A DNA stretch of 63,252 bases, the filler included, from Stramenopiles sp. TOSAG23-2 (Eukaryota), in assembly GCA_900128395.1 (NCBI GenBank). It is 35 parts of 35 records of this genome, joined end to end, with 100 filler letters (N's around TTAATTAATTAA, not from the genome) between each part and the next. Parts side by side here need not be neighbours in the genome. Positions count along the whole stretch, not along the records: positions 59,757 to 61,454 come from LT652484.1; positions 61,555 to 63,252 come from LT652485.1; 33 more parts are not named here. One strand, 5' to 3'. Below are positions 61,135-63,252 of this stretch, one piece after another. Numbering within the stretch: position 1 is the stretch's first letter; each line of letters starts with the position of its first letter. The position numbers and the translations under genes are program-made. Under the pieces are notes generated by a model. The model did no database searches and was not told where the DNA came from. It saw only the letters and a program-made list of their open reading frames with translations.

Positions 61135-61829
61135 AAAAAGAAATAATGATATATATATCATACTTCGTAGTATGCATATAATTATGACGTTACGAATATA
61201 AAATTAGTAATTTATGTACAAAGTGCCGGAAATGCCAGAATGCATGACACATTCGTATAGTATTAAGATGTTTTGCAGGGGTCTAAAATAAAACAAAACA
61301 TAAAAAAAGATGAAAAATTCATACATGTAGATTGTACAGGAGAGCGCACATTTTTTGTTTGTATACGACAGAAATATGACATATGATACCGTAAAATATA
61401 ATTTTAGCTTTAAGTCTGCATTTTATTTACTTAGTATAATATATAATTATATACNNNNNNNNNNNNNNNNNNNNNNNNNNNNNNNNNNNNNNNNNNNNTT
61501 AATTAATTAANNNNNNNNNNNNNNNNNNNNNNNNNNNNNNNNNNNNNNNNNNNNATGTTAATTTCCGGGAGTAAAAGAAATTTATACGAACCGTACGAAG
61601 TTCGTTTATATTATATAATATATATAAGTAAGAGAATAATATGAGAAATAAGTAATATATATAATATATCATAGTACTAACTTTAGATTTTAACCATCAC
61701 ATGTCCTTATCGGTAATTTATGTTATGGGAGTTATTGGCACATTTTGTGAGATAGATATTAATATTGGCTAAACACTATTATTCTTTTTATCATTCATTA
61801 GGAGGTACGAGTATAAATATCTTTCATCC

Positions 61830-62183
61830 CTATACTACATCTTTTGCAGCAACCATAGACTCTTTTGTTTTCTTTGCTTCTTCAACGGCGTTTTTATACT
61901 CCTCACTTCCAGCACCATACATCCGCCTAGCTTCACGTAATCTGTCGCCTATTTCAGCCATTGGGTCTAATCTCCGCGTATATGCCGTATTAATGCCTTC
62001 ATTAACAGTTGAAACCTCATATGTGCGATAGGTCACCAACATAAAACATAAAAAGCCAAGTATATGAGGAATTAACCACACCTTTCGCGTTTGTGACGGG
62101 ACACTACATCCAATACAACGTTTCTTTTTCTTTGTTTCTGTTGATGGTGGTGATACCGATTGTTCAGTTGTTGTGCTCATTAT
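61830..62183 (-). CDS. Small single-TM protein, unknown
   Basis: ORF from MSTTTEQ with one hydrophobic helix and a charged C-terminus. Confidence 0.55.
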   Translation of the reverse strand: MMSTTTEQSVSPPSTETKKKKRCIGCSVPSQTRKVWLIPHILGFLCFMLVTYRTYEVSTVNEGINTAYTRRLDPMAEIGDRLREARRMYGAGSEEYKNAVEEAKKTKESMVAAKDVV

Positions 62184-63252
62184 GTTTATATATAATTTTC
62201 TTTTAGATCTCAAAAGTTTTGAATTTGAATATCTTGTTATGTTATGTTATATTTATTTTGATCCCTACCATGGATACAATTTATACTTTTATATTTTAGT
62301 AATATAATATGACTATGTATATTGCACATTTGTCCATAATTTCATCATCATCTCTTGTAAAACGCGCACTTGTTATTAATACTAAGTTGTATACTAAAAT
62401 AGAAGCAATCGGTTTCATATAATTTAAATAATATGCTTTTGCTATGCTATTTATATATATATTATATTTATTGCCTTGATGATTTAGAGAGCCGTATACA
62501 GTGTAGTCTAGTATATACACACTCCTACATTTCCGGTAGCTCTAGCTACTAGCTCCTCGTACTGTATCTGCGCTAGCTATTCGAACTATGCTCAAATTAG
62601 CATATAAATAACATTAAGTTCTATTTATATGGCTATTCTTTTTAAGGGTAATTGTTCTAAATTTTAATTAAAATCGGCAACCCATGCAACCAACAAATAA
62701 TAAAATATAATTTAAATAATAATTTAAAATTATAATAAATTTTCTTACTAGGAATATTTATATATTTAAATATATATCTTATCATCATAGAATATAGAAC
62801 AATGGAGTAATTTATATTAGCAATTGTATCACATAATAATTATATACATATGAACTGATTACTACGCACCACACAGCAAATACTAAATTATGAAAAATGA
62901 AATATATATAATAAGTATAATCATATTTATATGTTATCATAAATCGTTACATCATCAATTTGTATTTGATGATAATTTTGCTATCGTTAAAAATAAAGAT
63001 ATCCACCAATGTAATATATACAATATATTTTCCCATGATTATTGGGGTATGGAAATCAATAATATATTGTCAAATAAATCATATAGGCCTTTAACCACAT
63101 TGACATTTTGCTTCAACTATTGGTATGGAGGATTAAACCCTTATTATTTTCATTTTACAAATGTTATATTACATATCATCGTATGTTTAATTATGTCAAA
63201 TTTCATTACTTCAACCATTATTATTATTTCAAAAAAAAAAAATATATTCCCC

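Noticed and set aside
1724-61554. Regularly spaced TTAATTAATTAA as a CRISPR-like or biological repeat, and any gene cluster across it
   Set aside because: It is an N-padded assembly spacer between size-sorted contigs, so adjacency is arbitrary.
1-63252. Alternative genetic code (stop reassignment)
   Set aside because: TAA, TAG and TGA all end recognisable complete genes, and the breaks seen are frameshifts rather than in-frame stops.

Overview
This window is not one genomic locus. It is 35 short unplaced contigs, sorted by size from about 1723 down to 1698 bp, joined by 34 artificial 100-nt spacers (44 N + TTAATTAATTAA + 44 N). Neighbourhood across a spacer therefore carries no information, and ORFs ending in X-runs or 'LIN' are truncated at contig ends. 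The DNA is very AT-rich, intron-poor and eukaryotic, uses the standard code and has poly-Asn/Gln/Thr tracts. Delta-tubulin-like, NEK, kinesin, Tubby, FTO and GH55 genes suggest a flagellated, probably marine heterotrophic protist (a MAST-like stramenopile SAG/MAG is my inference, not proven). Recognisable genes: DIS3, PPIL4, FTO, kinesin, NEK, SET-domain methyltransferase, SDR/KCR, EEP nuclease, GH55, GH105, LpqC-type esterase, NRF-6-type acyltransferase, TrmH, old yellow enzyme and enoyl-CoA hydratase. The most notable items are a GT49 (LARGE-like) glycosyltransferase with a LysM domain inserted in its catalytic domain, an NB-ARC-TPR NLR-like gene, a separate protein with an MLKL/HeLo-like helical bundle, a U-box-Sel1 protein with near-identical repeats, and an FTO homolog. 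There are also two MITE-like inverted-repeat elements, a recurring intergenic TACCWGGTA palindrome, and several likely amplification or assembly artefacts. All family calls come from motif recognition by eye, not database searches.
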